Below are positions 55,442 through 63,277 of a stretch of DNA of 64,000 nt, one piece after another. Origin of the DNA: an uncultured Synergistaceae bacterium (GTDB lineage: Bacteria; Synergistota; Synergistia; Synergistales; 79-D21). Positions within the stretch are counted from its first letter, which is position 1. Each line of letters starts with the position of its first letter. Made by a program: the position numbers and the translations under genes. Under the pieces are notes generated by a model. That model saw only the letters and a program-made list of their open reading frames with translations. It was not told the origin of the DNA and did not search any database. Where the stretch lies: contig CAYRNZ010000007.1 of NCBI GenBank assembly GCA_964425765.1, forward strand, positions 9,678 through 73,677, read 5' to 3'.

Positions 55442-56122
55442 TCAAGCCTGGTCGGGGCAGACCACCTTGTAGCCGACTCCCCTGACCGTCACGACCATCA
55501 GGTCGAGGGCAAACGGACGGAGCTTGTCGCGAAGGTATTTGACGTGGACGTCCACCACGTTGCTTGTTCCCTCGTACTCTTCCTGCCACACGTTGGAGAT
55601 GATCTTGTCCCTTGTAAAAACCTGGTTCTCGTGCCTCATCAGGAGCTCCAGGATGTCGAACTCCCTGCGTCTCAGCGGGATCGTGTCTTCCCCTACCCGG
55701 CACTCCCGGGCAAGCGGGTCGAGGGTCAGGTGCCCGCAGCGAAGCATCGCAGGCTTGGGTTCGGAGACCCGCCGAACCAGCGCGTTGACCCTAGCGAGGA
55801 GTTCCCTGAAGTCGAAAGGCTTGATCAGGTAATCATCCGCCCCCTGTTCGAGCCCGGCCACCCGGTCCTCGATGGAATCCCTGGCGGTCAGCATGATCAC
55901 CGGGACCTTCTTCCCCTCTTCCCTCAGGGCGGATATAATGTCCAAGCCGCTCAGCTTAGGCAGCATCAGGTCGAGGACGATGCAGTCATGGTCTCCGGTC
56001 CGGGCTTTTTTAAGGCCATCCTGGCCGTCGTAAGTAAAATCAACCGTATAGCCGTTCTCTGAGAAACCCTCGGAAAGGACTTCCACGAGTTCCTTGTTGT
56101 CTTCGATAATCAGCAGTTTCAT
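55442..56122 (-). CDS. OmpR/PhoB-family response regulator
   Basis: MKLLIIEDN..., DCIVLDLMLP (phospho-Asp), DDYLIKPF, winged-helix RREFDILELL...VRGVGYK; ATG 56122 (track ORF over-extended to 56470). Confidence 0.93.
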   Translation of the reverse strand: MKLLIIEDNKELVEVLSEGFSENGYTVDFTYDGQDGLKKARTGDHDCIVLDLMLPKLSGLDIISALREEGKKVPVIMLTARDSIEDRVAGLEQGADDYLIKPFDFRELLARVNALVRRVSEPKPAMLRCGHLTLDPLARECRVGEDTIPLRRREFDILELLMRHENQVFTRDKIISNVWQEEYEGTSNVVDVHVKYLRDKLRPFALDLMVVTVRGVGYKVVCPDQA

Positions 56123-56213
56123 CTTTATCCCCCTCTCATCCTTATGAAATCGGGATTTCCATTCTATTAAATCACATGGGGTACGGCTTGTCGATAGCCC
56201 GGTCTTGAGTTCT

Positions 56214-56242
56214 TTGCATAAATGACCCTGGAATGGTAAGAT
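56214..56242 (+). promoter_or_regulatory. Candidate sigma-70 promoter of rpsO
   Basis: TTGCAT-17 nt-TAAGAT, about 78 nt upstream of the rpsO ATG. Confidence 0.45.
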
Positions 56243-56320
56243 GTCTGCCGACCCAGTACTCGGACCGGGGATTCGTACCCCCCTCTGGGGCTTGGGATTC
56301 GCTAGAAAAGAGGTGCCAAG

Positions 56321-56587
56321 ATGATCGAGCGGGAGGAAAAACAGAAACTCATCGAGGAGTACAAGCTTCACGGGGCAGACACCGGGTCGCCGGAAGTCCA
56401 GGTCGCGATCCTGACCCATAGGATTCGGAGCCTGACCGAGCACTTGAAGACCCATAAGCGGGATTTCCATTCACGTAGAGGACTCCTGATGATGGTTGGC
56501 CAGCGCAGGAAGCTCCTCAATTACCTCAAGAGCAGGGACTTCAACCGGTATCAGGATCTTATACAGCGCCTGGGCTTGAGGCACTGA
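56321..56587 (+). CDS. rpsO: 30S ribosomal protein S15
   Basis: [52 protein letters not shown] typical S15. Confidence 0.97.
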   Translation: MIEREEKQKLIEEYKLHGADTGSPEVQVAILTHRIRSLTEHLKTHKRDFHSRRGLLMMVGQRRKLLNYLKSRDFNRYQDLIQRLGLRH

Positions 56588-56604
56588 ACCTGTTTTGGTT
56601 TATC

Positions 56605-56641
56605 GGGGCGGGGACGGCAATGTCGTCCTCGCCCCTTTTTT
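56605..56641 (+). terminator. Intrinsic terminator/attenuator between rpsO and pnp
   Basis: GGGGCGGGGACG-gcaatgt-CGTCCTCGCCCC followed by TTTTTT. Confidence 0.8.
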
Positions 56642-56707
56642 ATGATCCTATGCTATGCTCTTGAGGATAAAAAAATTACGGGATGAGTCAAGGAGGCTCA
56701 AAAGAAA

Positions 56708-59011
56708 ATGGTTCAGACCTTTTCAATCGAGTTGGGAGGGCGGACTCTCTCTTTCGAAACGGGGAGACTTGCCAAGCAGGCAAGTGGTGCCGTCCTGGTG
56801 AGCTATGGGGAAACCGTTCTGCTGGTCACGGCTTGCATGACGGAGAAACCGAGGGAAGGACTGGATTTCTTTCCCCTTCTAGTCGATTTCGAGGAACGTT
56901 TCTACTCGGCCGGGAAGATCCCAGGCGGTTTCATCAAGAGGGAAGGCCGGCCCTCCGAAACGGCCATTCTCAGTGCAAGGATCATCGACCGCTCCATCCG
57001 TTCGCTTTTCCCCGAACACATGCGGAACGATGTCCATGTCGTCGCTACCGTCCTTTCAGTGGACCAGGTCAACGCCCCCAACATCCAGGCGATCAACGCC
57101 GCTTCGATGGCGCTGACTCTTTCCGAGATACCCTGGGATGGGCCCGTTGCAGCGTTGAGAGTGGGATGTATCGATGGCGAGTTCGTCGTGAACCCAACAG
57201 AGGAAGACCTTCTTAAAAGCACGCTGGACCTCGTGCTGGCCGGCCATATGGGAGGAATCACCATGGTGGAGGCCGGTGCGAAGGAGGTCCCGGAATCCTT
57301 GATGGTGGATGCGCTGGAGTTCGGGCACGAACAGATCAAGAGATTGGTCCGCTTCCAGCTTGAGGCAAGGGAGAAAGCCGGCAAACCTAAGTTGGAGATA
57401 CCCGCCTCCCTTCGCATCGAAGGCATCGACGAGGCGATCGGGAGAGACTTCTACGGCGAGATCTACGAAGCCGTAGGCATTCATGCCAAGGGAGTCCGGA
57501 ACTCGAGGATCTCCGAGATCACGCAGCGGGCAGTTGAAACTCTTGAAGCCCAATATCCCGATTCCGTCCGCTACATCTCGGCTGTCGTGGAAGAACTCGT
57601 GAAAAAGGCCATGAGGTCGATGACCGTGGATGAAAGGCGTCGCGCCGACGGAAGGACAATGGACCAGGTCAGGCCTATAGCCTGTGAGGTCGGAGTCCTG
57701 CCGAGGACTCACGGTTCGGCCCTGTTTACCAGGGGGGAAACCCAGGCCCTTGTGACGACCACCCTGGGGATGATGGGCGAAGACGAACAAGTCCTGGATG
57801 GGCTCAAGATCGATGAACCGTCGAAGCGGTTCATGCTGCATTACAATTTCCCCCCCTATTCGGTCGGTGAAGTTCGCCCCATGAGAGGGCCCGGGCGCAG
57901 GGAGATCGGTCACGGCGCCTTGGCGGAAAGGGCTGTAAGGAGCCTTATGCCCGGAGAAGACCAGTTTCCCTACATCGTCCGGGTCGTTTCGGACATCCTC
58001 GAATCCAACGGGTCGAGCTCGATGGCATCGGTTTGCGGGGCGAGCATGGCGCTGATGGATGCCGGGGTCCCGATTCCCCGTCCTGTAGCGGGAGTAGCCA
58101 TGGGCCTGATCAAGGAAGGGGAAAAGGTCGAGGTCCTGACCGACATACAGGGTCTCGAAGACCACTATGGCGACATGGACTTCAAGGTCACCGGGACGGA
58201 ACTGGGAATAACGGCTCTGCAAATGGACAACAAGGCCGGAGGTATCACCCGGGAGATCCTGGAGAAGGCCCTCGGTCAGGCGCGCCAGGGGAGGGTCCAT
58301 ATCCTGGCCGAAATGGAAAAGGCGATCAGGCAACCTAAACCGGACCTGTCTCCCTTTGCTCCGCGGATGTACACCACCAGTGTGCCCGTCGATTCGATCC
58401 GCGACGTGATAGGCCCGGGCGGCAAGGTCATACGCGGTATCTGCGCCGACACCGGCGTAAAGATGAATGTCGAAGACGATGGCAGGATATTCATAGCCGC
58501 CACCAACGAGGAATCAGCCAGGAAGGCTCTTCAGATCATACGCGACCTGACCCGCGATGCGGAACCGGGAGAGATCTTTTACGGCAAGGTTACCAGGATG
58601 TTGAGCTTCGGCGCTTTTGTCGAGGTCCTGCCCGGAAAGGAAGGGCTCCTGCATGTCAGCGAGATCAGCACGCACCACGTGCCGAAGCTCGAGGACGCGG
58701 TCAAGCCGGGAGACATGGTCCTCGTCATGGTGAAGGAGATCGATGACATGAACCGGGTCAATTTGACGCGGCGGAGGCTTCTCGAAAAAGCTGCGGAGCA
58801 TCGGCTGGCGGAGCTTTTCCCGGAAGCGTATCCCCTAGAATTGGCGAGGGAAGAGCGTATCGCCGCAGCAAGCGCAGCGGCGGGCCCGGCGCCCGAGAGG
58901 CCGCGAAGGCCTGAGGGTGAGGGGCGTGAACGCCGCCCTGGCGGCGACAGGCATGACAGAAGGGGGCCCGGGTCGCGAGACCGGGGCAGGGGGCCGGTTG
59001 AACGTCATTAA
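56708..59011 (+). CDS. pnp: Polyribonucleotide nucleotidyltransferase (PNPase) with Arg/Gly/Glu/Pro-rich C-terminal tail
   Basis: Two RNase PH domains (FETGRLAKQASGAV; GRREIGHGALAERA), KH (IGPGGKVIRGI), S1 (GKVTRMLSFGAFVE); extra 52-aa low-complexity tail. Confidence 0.96.
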   Translation: MVQTFSIELGGRTLSFETGRLAKQASGAVLVSYGETVLLVTACMTEKPREGLDFFPLLVDFEERFYSAGKIPGGFIKREGRPSETAILSARIIDRSIRSLFPEHMRNDVHVVATVLSVDQVNAPNIQAINAASMALTLSEIPWDGPVAALRVGCIDGEFVVNPTEEDLLKSTLDLVLAGHMGGITMVEAGAKEVPESLMVDALEFGHEQIKRLVRFQLEAREKAGKPKLEIPASLRIEGIDEAIGRDFYGEIYEAVGIHAKGVRNSRISEITQRAVETLEAQYPDSVRYISAVVEELVKKAMRSMTVDERRRADGRTMDQVRPIACEVGVLPRTHGSALFTRGETQALVTTTLGMMGEDEQVLDGLKIDEPSKRFMLHYNFPPYSVGEVRPMRGPGRREIGHGALAERAVRSLMPGEDQFPYIVRVVSDILESNGSSSMASVCGASMALMDAGVPIPRPVAGVAMGLIKEGEKVEVLTDIQGLEDHYGDMDFKVTGTELGITALQMDNKAGGITREILEKALGQARQGRVHILAEMEKAIRQPKPDLSPFAPRMYTTSVPVDSIRDVIGPGGKVIRGICADTGVKMNVEDDGRIFIAATNEESARKALQIIRDLTRDAEPGEIFYGKVTRMLSFGAFVEVLPGKEGLLHVSEISTHHVPKLEDAVKPGDMVLVMVKEIDDMNRVNLTRRRLLEKAAEHRLAELFPEAYPLELAREERIAAASAAAGPAPERPRRPEGEGRERRPGGDRHDRRGPGSRDRGRGPVERH

Positions 59012-59444
59012 GGTATGCCTCAGCAGGGAGGACGGGGCCAAAGGTTTCCCTCTGCCGGAATACGCAACACCCGGTGCTTCCGGGGTGGACCTCCGCTCCG
59101 TGGAATCAGCCACGATCCTCCCCGGTAACTGGGAGTTCGTCGGCACCGGACTTCACCTGGACATTCCGGAAGGCTACGAAGCCCAGGTCCGTCCCCGCAG
59201 CGGACTGGCGCTAAAAAAAGGGATCATGGTCCTTAACACCCCCGGGACAATCGACAGCGATTACCGTGGAGAAGTTCGCGTCATCCTGATGAACCTGGGT
59301 AAAGAACCGTTCAGGATAGAGCCTGGAGACAGGATTGCCCAGATGGTTTTTTGCCCTGTCGTCAAGGCGGATTGGGAAGAAACAACGGAATTGTCCGCTT
59401 CGGCAAGGGAATCCGGAGGGTTCGGCAGTACGGGCTCGAAATAA
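58998..59444 (+). CDS. dut: dUTP diphosphatase
   Basis: ATPGASGVDLRS, RPRSGLALK, GTIDSDYRGEV, RIAQMVF, GGFGSTG motifs; TTG 58998 proposed, 14-nt overlap with the pnp end. Confidence 0.9.
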   Translation: MNVIKVCLSREDGAKGFPLPEYATPGASGVDLRSVESATILPGNWEFVGTGLHLDIPEGYEAQVRPRSGLALKKGIMVLNTPGTIDSDYRGEVRVILMNLGKEPFRIEPGDRIAQMVFCPVVKADWEETTELSASARESGGFGSTGSK

Positions 59445-59463
59445 GCGGCGCGAAAGGCGATTA

Positions 59464-59496
59464 GGGGGGATGGGGGGAAGCCCCGTCCCCCTTTTT
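59464..59496 (+). terminator. Intrinsic terminator after dut
   Basis: GGGGGAUGGGG ... CCCCGUCCCCC stem (one G-U pair) followed by TTTTT. Confidence 0.7.
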
Positions 59497-59515
59497 GCCT
59501 TCCGGGGGAGCGGAG

Positions 59516-59544
59516 TTGTCGTAAACTCTCCCGGAGTTTAGAAT
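59516..59544 (+). promoter_or_regulatory. Candidate sigma-70 promoter of thrS
   Basis: TTGTCG-17 nt-TAGAAT; the -10 hexamer overlaps the first in-frame ATG (59543), which argues for the ATG at 59582. Confidence 0.4.
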
Positions 59545-59581
59545 GACTAGACAAATCCTGGTGGAGCAGGGGGATGAACCG

Positions 59582-61477
59582 ATGTCGAAATTCAGGGGAA
59601 AAGAAGGCCAGGTTTTCGAGGCCGAAAAACCGACCGCTTTTGCAGTTCTGAGAGAGTGGGGCATTCATAAGGGAGCCGTTGCTGCTGCGGTGGACGGCAA
59701 GGCCGTCGACCTGAAGGCGGTCCTCGAGGCCGATGCCCTCGTGGAACCCATCGAGGGAAACAGCGAAGAGGGCCTGCACATCCTTCGGCACTCGGCTTCG
59801 CACCTCATGGCCCAGGCGGTCCTTCACCTATATCCGGGCACGAAGGTGGCCATTGGGCCTTCGATCAAGGATGGTTTCTATTACGATTTCGAATTGCCGG
59901 GGCCGATTTCGGAGGAAAACCTGGTTGCCATCGAGGAAGAGATGAACAGGCTCGCCAAGGCCGCCCTGCCGGTGGAAAGGCTGGACGTCCCGAAAGGGGA
60001 ACTTTTGAGGCGATATCGCGATGCGGGGGAGGTCTACAAGACGGAACTCGTAGAGGGTATCGCCGATGAAAAGATTTCCGTATACCGGCAGGGGGATTTC
60101 GAGGACATGTGCAGAGGGCCTCACGTGCCTGACACTTCCTTCCTCAGGCACGCGAAATTACTCTCCGTGGCGGGCGCATACTGGCGTGGCGACGAGAAAA
60201 ACATCATGCTCACGAGAATTTACGGGACGGCATTCGCGGACAAGGGCGAACTGGAAGCCTACCTAAAGAGGATGGAAGAGGCCCGCAGGCGGGATCACCG
60301 CAAACTGGGGAGGGAACTTGACCTTTTCAGCATCCAGGCGGAAGGGCCGGGTTTCCCGTGCTTTCACCCGAAGGGAATGGTCATCCTCAACACGCTCGTG
60401 GATTTCTGGCGCCGCGAGCACGCCAAGAGGGGATATTGCGAGATCAGGACCCCGCTGATCCTCGACAAGGACCTTTGGGTGCGTTCCGGGCATTGGGACC
60501 ACTACAAGGAAAACATGTACTTCACGGAAATTGACGAAAAGCCGTATGCCGTCAAGCCGATGAACTGCCCCGGCGGGCTTTTGGTCTACAAGAGTTCGCT
60601 AAAGAGCTACCGGGACCTCCCCCTCCGGATGGCCGAACTGGGGATCGTGCACCGGCATGAGCGGTCGGGGGTTCTTCACGGGCTCATGCGGGTAAGGTGC
60701 TTTACACAGGACGATGCGCATCTATACGTCACTCCCGAGCAGATCAAGCAGGAGATCCTGGGTATCATGGATCTTACGCGCTATGTGTATAAGGACGTTT
60801 TCGGCTTCAATTACCATGTGGAGCTGTCGACTCGACCGGAAAACGCCATGGGAAGCCTCGAAATGTGGGAAAAGGCGGAAAACGCCCTGGAGGAATCCCT
60901 CAAGGAGAGCGGCGTTCCCTACCGGGTCAACCCGGGAGATGGCGCTTTCTACGGTCCGAAGATCGACTTCCACCTAGAGGATTGCATAGGGAGAACATGG
61001 CAGTGCGGTACGATCCAGCTCGATTTCCAGATGCCGGAACGCTTTGACATCACCTACGTCGGCTCCGACGGGGATCAGCACCGGCCTGTCATGCTCCACA
61101 GGACGGTGCTCGGCAGCCTGGAACGGTTCCTCGGCATCCTGATCGAGCATTTTGCGGGTGCTTTCCCCTACTGGATAGCCCCGGTACAGGTAAAAGTGAT
61201 TCCCGTTAAGCCCGAAATGGAAGAGTATGCGCGGAAGATCGAGGCCCAGTTGAAAAACTGGGACGTCAGGGTCGAGTTGGACCTGAGGGACGAGAAACTG
61301 GGCAGGAAGATCCGCGATGCCCAAGTGCAGAAAACTCCCTATATGCTCGTGTTGGGGGAAAGGGAGATGAACGACCTCACCCTGTCCGTCCGGGAGAGGA
61401 GCGCGGGTGACCTCGGGACGATGTCTCTGGAAGCTTTCAAGGAAAAGATCTCGGGAGAATTCGATCCCCGTCGTTGA
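59582..61477 (+). CDS. thrS: Threonine--tRNA ligase
   Basis: TGS domain, HILRHSASHLMAQA editing/second-additional domain, class II core (FRREHAKRGY, RDLPLRMAE, HRHERSG, GAFYGPKIDF), anticodon-binding domain; start 59582 after AGGGGGA (alternative 59543). Confidence 0.95.
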   Translation: MSKFRGKEGQVFEAEKPTAFAVLREWGIHKGAVAAAVDGKAVDLKAVLEADALVEPIEGNSEEGLHILRHSASHLMAQAVLHLYPGTKVAIGPSIKDGFYYDFELPGPISEENLVAIEEEMNRLAKAALPVERLDVPKGELLRRYRDAGEVYKTELVEGIADEKISVYRQGDFEDMCRGPHVPDTSFLRHAKLLSVAGAYWRGDEKNIMLTRIYGTAFADKGELEAYLKRMEEARRRDHRKLGRELDLFSIQAEGPGFPCFHPKGMVILNTLVDFWRREHAKRGYCEIRTPLILDKDLWVRSGHWDHYKENMYFTEIDEKPYAVKPMNCPGGLLVYKSSLKSYRDLPLRMAELGIVHRHERSGVLHGLMRVRCFTQDDAHLYVTPEQIKQEILGIMDLTRYVYKDVFGFNYHVELSTRPENAMGSLEMWEKAENALEESLKESGVPYRVNPGDGAFYGPKIDFHLEDCIGRTWQCGTIQLDFQMPERFDITYVGSDGDQHRPVMLHRTVLGSLERFLGILIEHFAGAFPYWIAPVQVKVIPVKPEMEEYARKIEAQLKNWDVRVELDLRDEKLGRKIRDAQVQKTPYMLVLGEREMNDLTLSVRERSAGDLGTMSLEAFKEKISGEFDPRR

Positions 61478-61481
61478 CCTC

Positions 61482-61510
61482 TTGAGTAAAGGCATTGGCT
61501 GTGGTATAGT
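61482..61510 (+). promoter_or_regulatory. Candidate sigma-70 promoter of infC-rpmI-rplT
   Basis: TTGAGT-17 nt-TATAGT just after the thrS stop, about 110 nt upstream of the terminator hairpin that precedes infC. Confidence 0.45.
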
Positions 61511-61624
61511 TCCCCGGTGTGCTTGAGCGAAGAAGAGGGCCTCCTCTCACCTGAAGACGCCGGAAGGTAGTTGTCGGGTTCAAGCTGAATCCTTTTCCTT
61601 TTCGGAACGGAATCAGTCTTGCAA

Positions 61625-61654
61625 GGGGGTCGCTCGTCTGAGCGACCCCCTTTT
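61625..61654 (+). terminator. Intrinsic terminator hairpin immediately upstream of the infC RBS (candidate attenuator, L20-leader-like logic)
   Basis: GGGGGTCGCTC-gtct-GAGCGACCCCC-TTTT; ends 12 nt before the GGAGGTGA Shine-Dalgarno of infC, leaving no room for a promoter. Confidence 0.7.
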
Positions 61655-61680
61655 CTAACTTTTAGCGGAGGTGATGGGCT

Positions 61681-62265
61681 ATAGCTAACAAACCGGATGA
61701 ACCCAGCGTGAACGAGGAGATCCGAGCCCCAGAAGTTCTTCTTATCGACGACCAGGGCATCAAGCTGGGTGTCGTTCCCACGAAAGAAGCGCTGAAACTT
61801 GCCGAGGAACGGCTTCTGGATCTTGTCGAGGTCGCTCCCCAGGCGACTCCGCCTGTATGCCGGATCATGGACTACGGGAAGTACAAGTACCAGATCCAGA
61901 AACGCGACAAGGATGCCCGCAAAAAGCAGAAAGTGCAGACGGTCAAAGAGATGAAGATGAGGCCCAAGATCGACGAGCACGACTACAACTTCAAAGTCAG
62001 GGCCATCCGGAGTTTCCTGGAAAGCGGGCATCGCGTAAAGGTTTCCGTGTTCTTCCGCGGGCGTGAAATGGCATTCCTTGACAGGGGCAAGGCCGTTCTC
62101 GTCAAGGTGGAAAAAGACGTCGCCGAATTCGGGAAGGTCGAAATGGAACCCCGCATGGAAGGTCGCTACATGAGGATGATGGTGGCACCCCTCGCTTCGA
62201 CTAAGAAGCCGGTTTCCAGGGAGGAATCCCAGAAACCTGCAGGAAACGGCGAAGACAGGGAGTAG
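61681..62265 (+). CDS. infC: Translation initiation factor IF-3 (probable non-canonical ATA start)
   Basis: [16 protein letters not shown]..., [28 protein letters not shown]; in-frame TGA at 61672, GGAGGTGA at 61667-61674, ATA at 61681; the GTG at 61708 has no RBS. Confidence 0.9.
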   Translation: MANKPDEPSVNEEIRAPEVLLIDDQGIKLGVVPTKEALKLAEERLLDLVEVAPQATPPVCRIMDYGKYKYQIQKRDKDARKKQKVQTVKEMKMRPKIDEHDYNFKVRAIRSFLESGHRVKVSVFFRGREMAFLDRGKAVLVKVEKDVAEFGKVEMEPRMEGRYMRMMVAPLASTKKPVSREESQKPAGNGEDRE

Positions 62266-62309
62266 CCCCTTTCGGGAGTTTTTGCGAAACCAAGGAGGGA
62301 ATTGAAGAG

Positions 62310-62507
62310 ATGCCCAAAATGAAGACCCATTCGGGGGCCAAGAAGCGTTTTCGCACAACGGGGACAGGGAAGGTCACCTACAAGAAAGGCGGAAGGAGCC
62401 ACCTTCTTGAGGCGAAAAATTCCAAGAGGTCTCGAACCTTGAGAAGGAAGGGATACCTGCCCGGGGCTATCGAAGACCGGGTCAAGGTGCTTTTGGTTTC
62501 CCGCTAG
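62310..62507 (+). CDS. rpmI: 50S ribosomal protein L35
   Basis: [22 protein letters not shown]... typical L35. Confidence 0.96.
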   Translation: MPKMKTHSGAKKRFRTTGTGKVTYKKGGRSHLLEAKNSKRSRTLRRKGYLPGAIEDRVKVLLVSR

Positions 62508-62553
62508 TCCGGTCGATCCACCTAAAAGGATAAATAAAGAGGAGTGATCTCCC

Positions 62554-62913
62554 ATGGCCAGGGTAAAGGGCGGAAGTGCCAGCAACAGCAAGCGTAAAAG
62601 ACTTTTCAGCATCACCAAAGGGTACTGGGGACGCAAAAAGAACGTCTATCGCCGCGCCAGGGAAGCCTTCCTGAGGTCGATGACGAATGCGTTCCGTGAC
62701 CGGAAAGCGAAGAAGCGCGAGTTCCGCAAGCTATGGATCATCCGGGTGAATGCCGCTGCCAGGATGAACGGCATGTCATACAGCAGCTTCATCTGCGGCC
62801 TGAAACGATCGGGCATAGATCTTAACAGGAAAATTCTGGCGGACATGGCCGTCAACGACATGGCCGCTTTCGTCAAGCTCGTCGAGAAATCAAAGGAAGC
62901 GCTGGCCCGTTAA
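62554..62913 (+). CDS. rplT: 50S ribosomal protein L20
   Basis: [30 protein letters not shown]...[18 protein letters not shown] typical L20. Confidence 0.97.
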   Translation: MARVKGGSASNSKRKRLFSITKGYWGRKKNVYRRAREAFLRSMTNAFRDRKAKKREFRKLWIIRVNAAARMNGMSYSSFICGLKRSGIDLNRKILADMAVNDMAAFVKLVEKSKEALAR

Positions 62914-62950
62914 CCCGGGAACTTCTGCTGCCTATAGGACAGTAGGTCTT

Positions 62951-62996
62951 CGTAGGGTTCCTGGTGCCGCGGGCTGCCGGGAACCCTACGGTTTTT
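62951..62996 (+). terminator. Intrinsic terminator after rplT
   Basis: CGTAGGGTTCC(tgg) ... (cc)GGAACCCTACG long stem followed by GTTTTT. Confidence 0.8.
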
Positions 62997-63277
62997 CGGG
63001 GCGGAGGCTTCCCTCCGCCAGGACGATCCGGTACCCGGAGTTTAAGGCCCGGGGCAGAGCGCAGGTTTTTTTCGTTATACTGTTACTGTCGCTTTAAGGG
63101 TGCCGCCCCGGCCGGTGAACGTGGCCCGCCCCGGGATAAAAGCGGGAAAGGGACGAAAAGCCCCGTTGCGTTCAAATGGAAAGCGGCTTCGCCGGCCTTG
63201 TAACCGTGGTTTCCGAGCGCGAAAAAGCTTGGAGGACCGATAATTTCAGATAATGATTAAACCGGGGGGATGCAGGT

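Noticed and set aside
62964-63203. 79-aa ORF in the rplT-pheS spacer (also the antisense ORF at 63172-63657)
   Set aside because: The translation is Gly/Pro/Arg-rich, there is no RBS, and the ORF spans the rplT terminator. The antisense ORF overlaps the well-supported pheS frame.
63176-63253. pheM-like leader peptide upstream of pheS
   Set aside because: The 25-codon ORF (MESGFAGLVTVVSEREKAWRTDNFR) has only two Phe codons, and they are not clustered. This is not an attenuation-type leader peptide.
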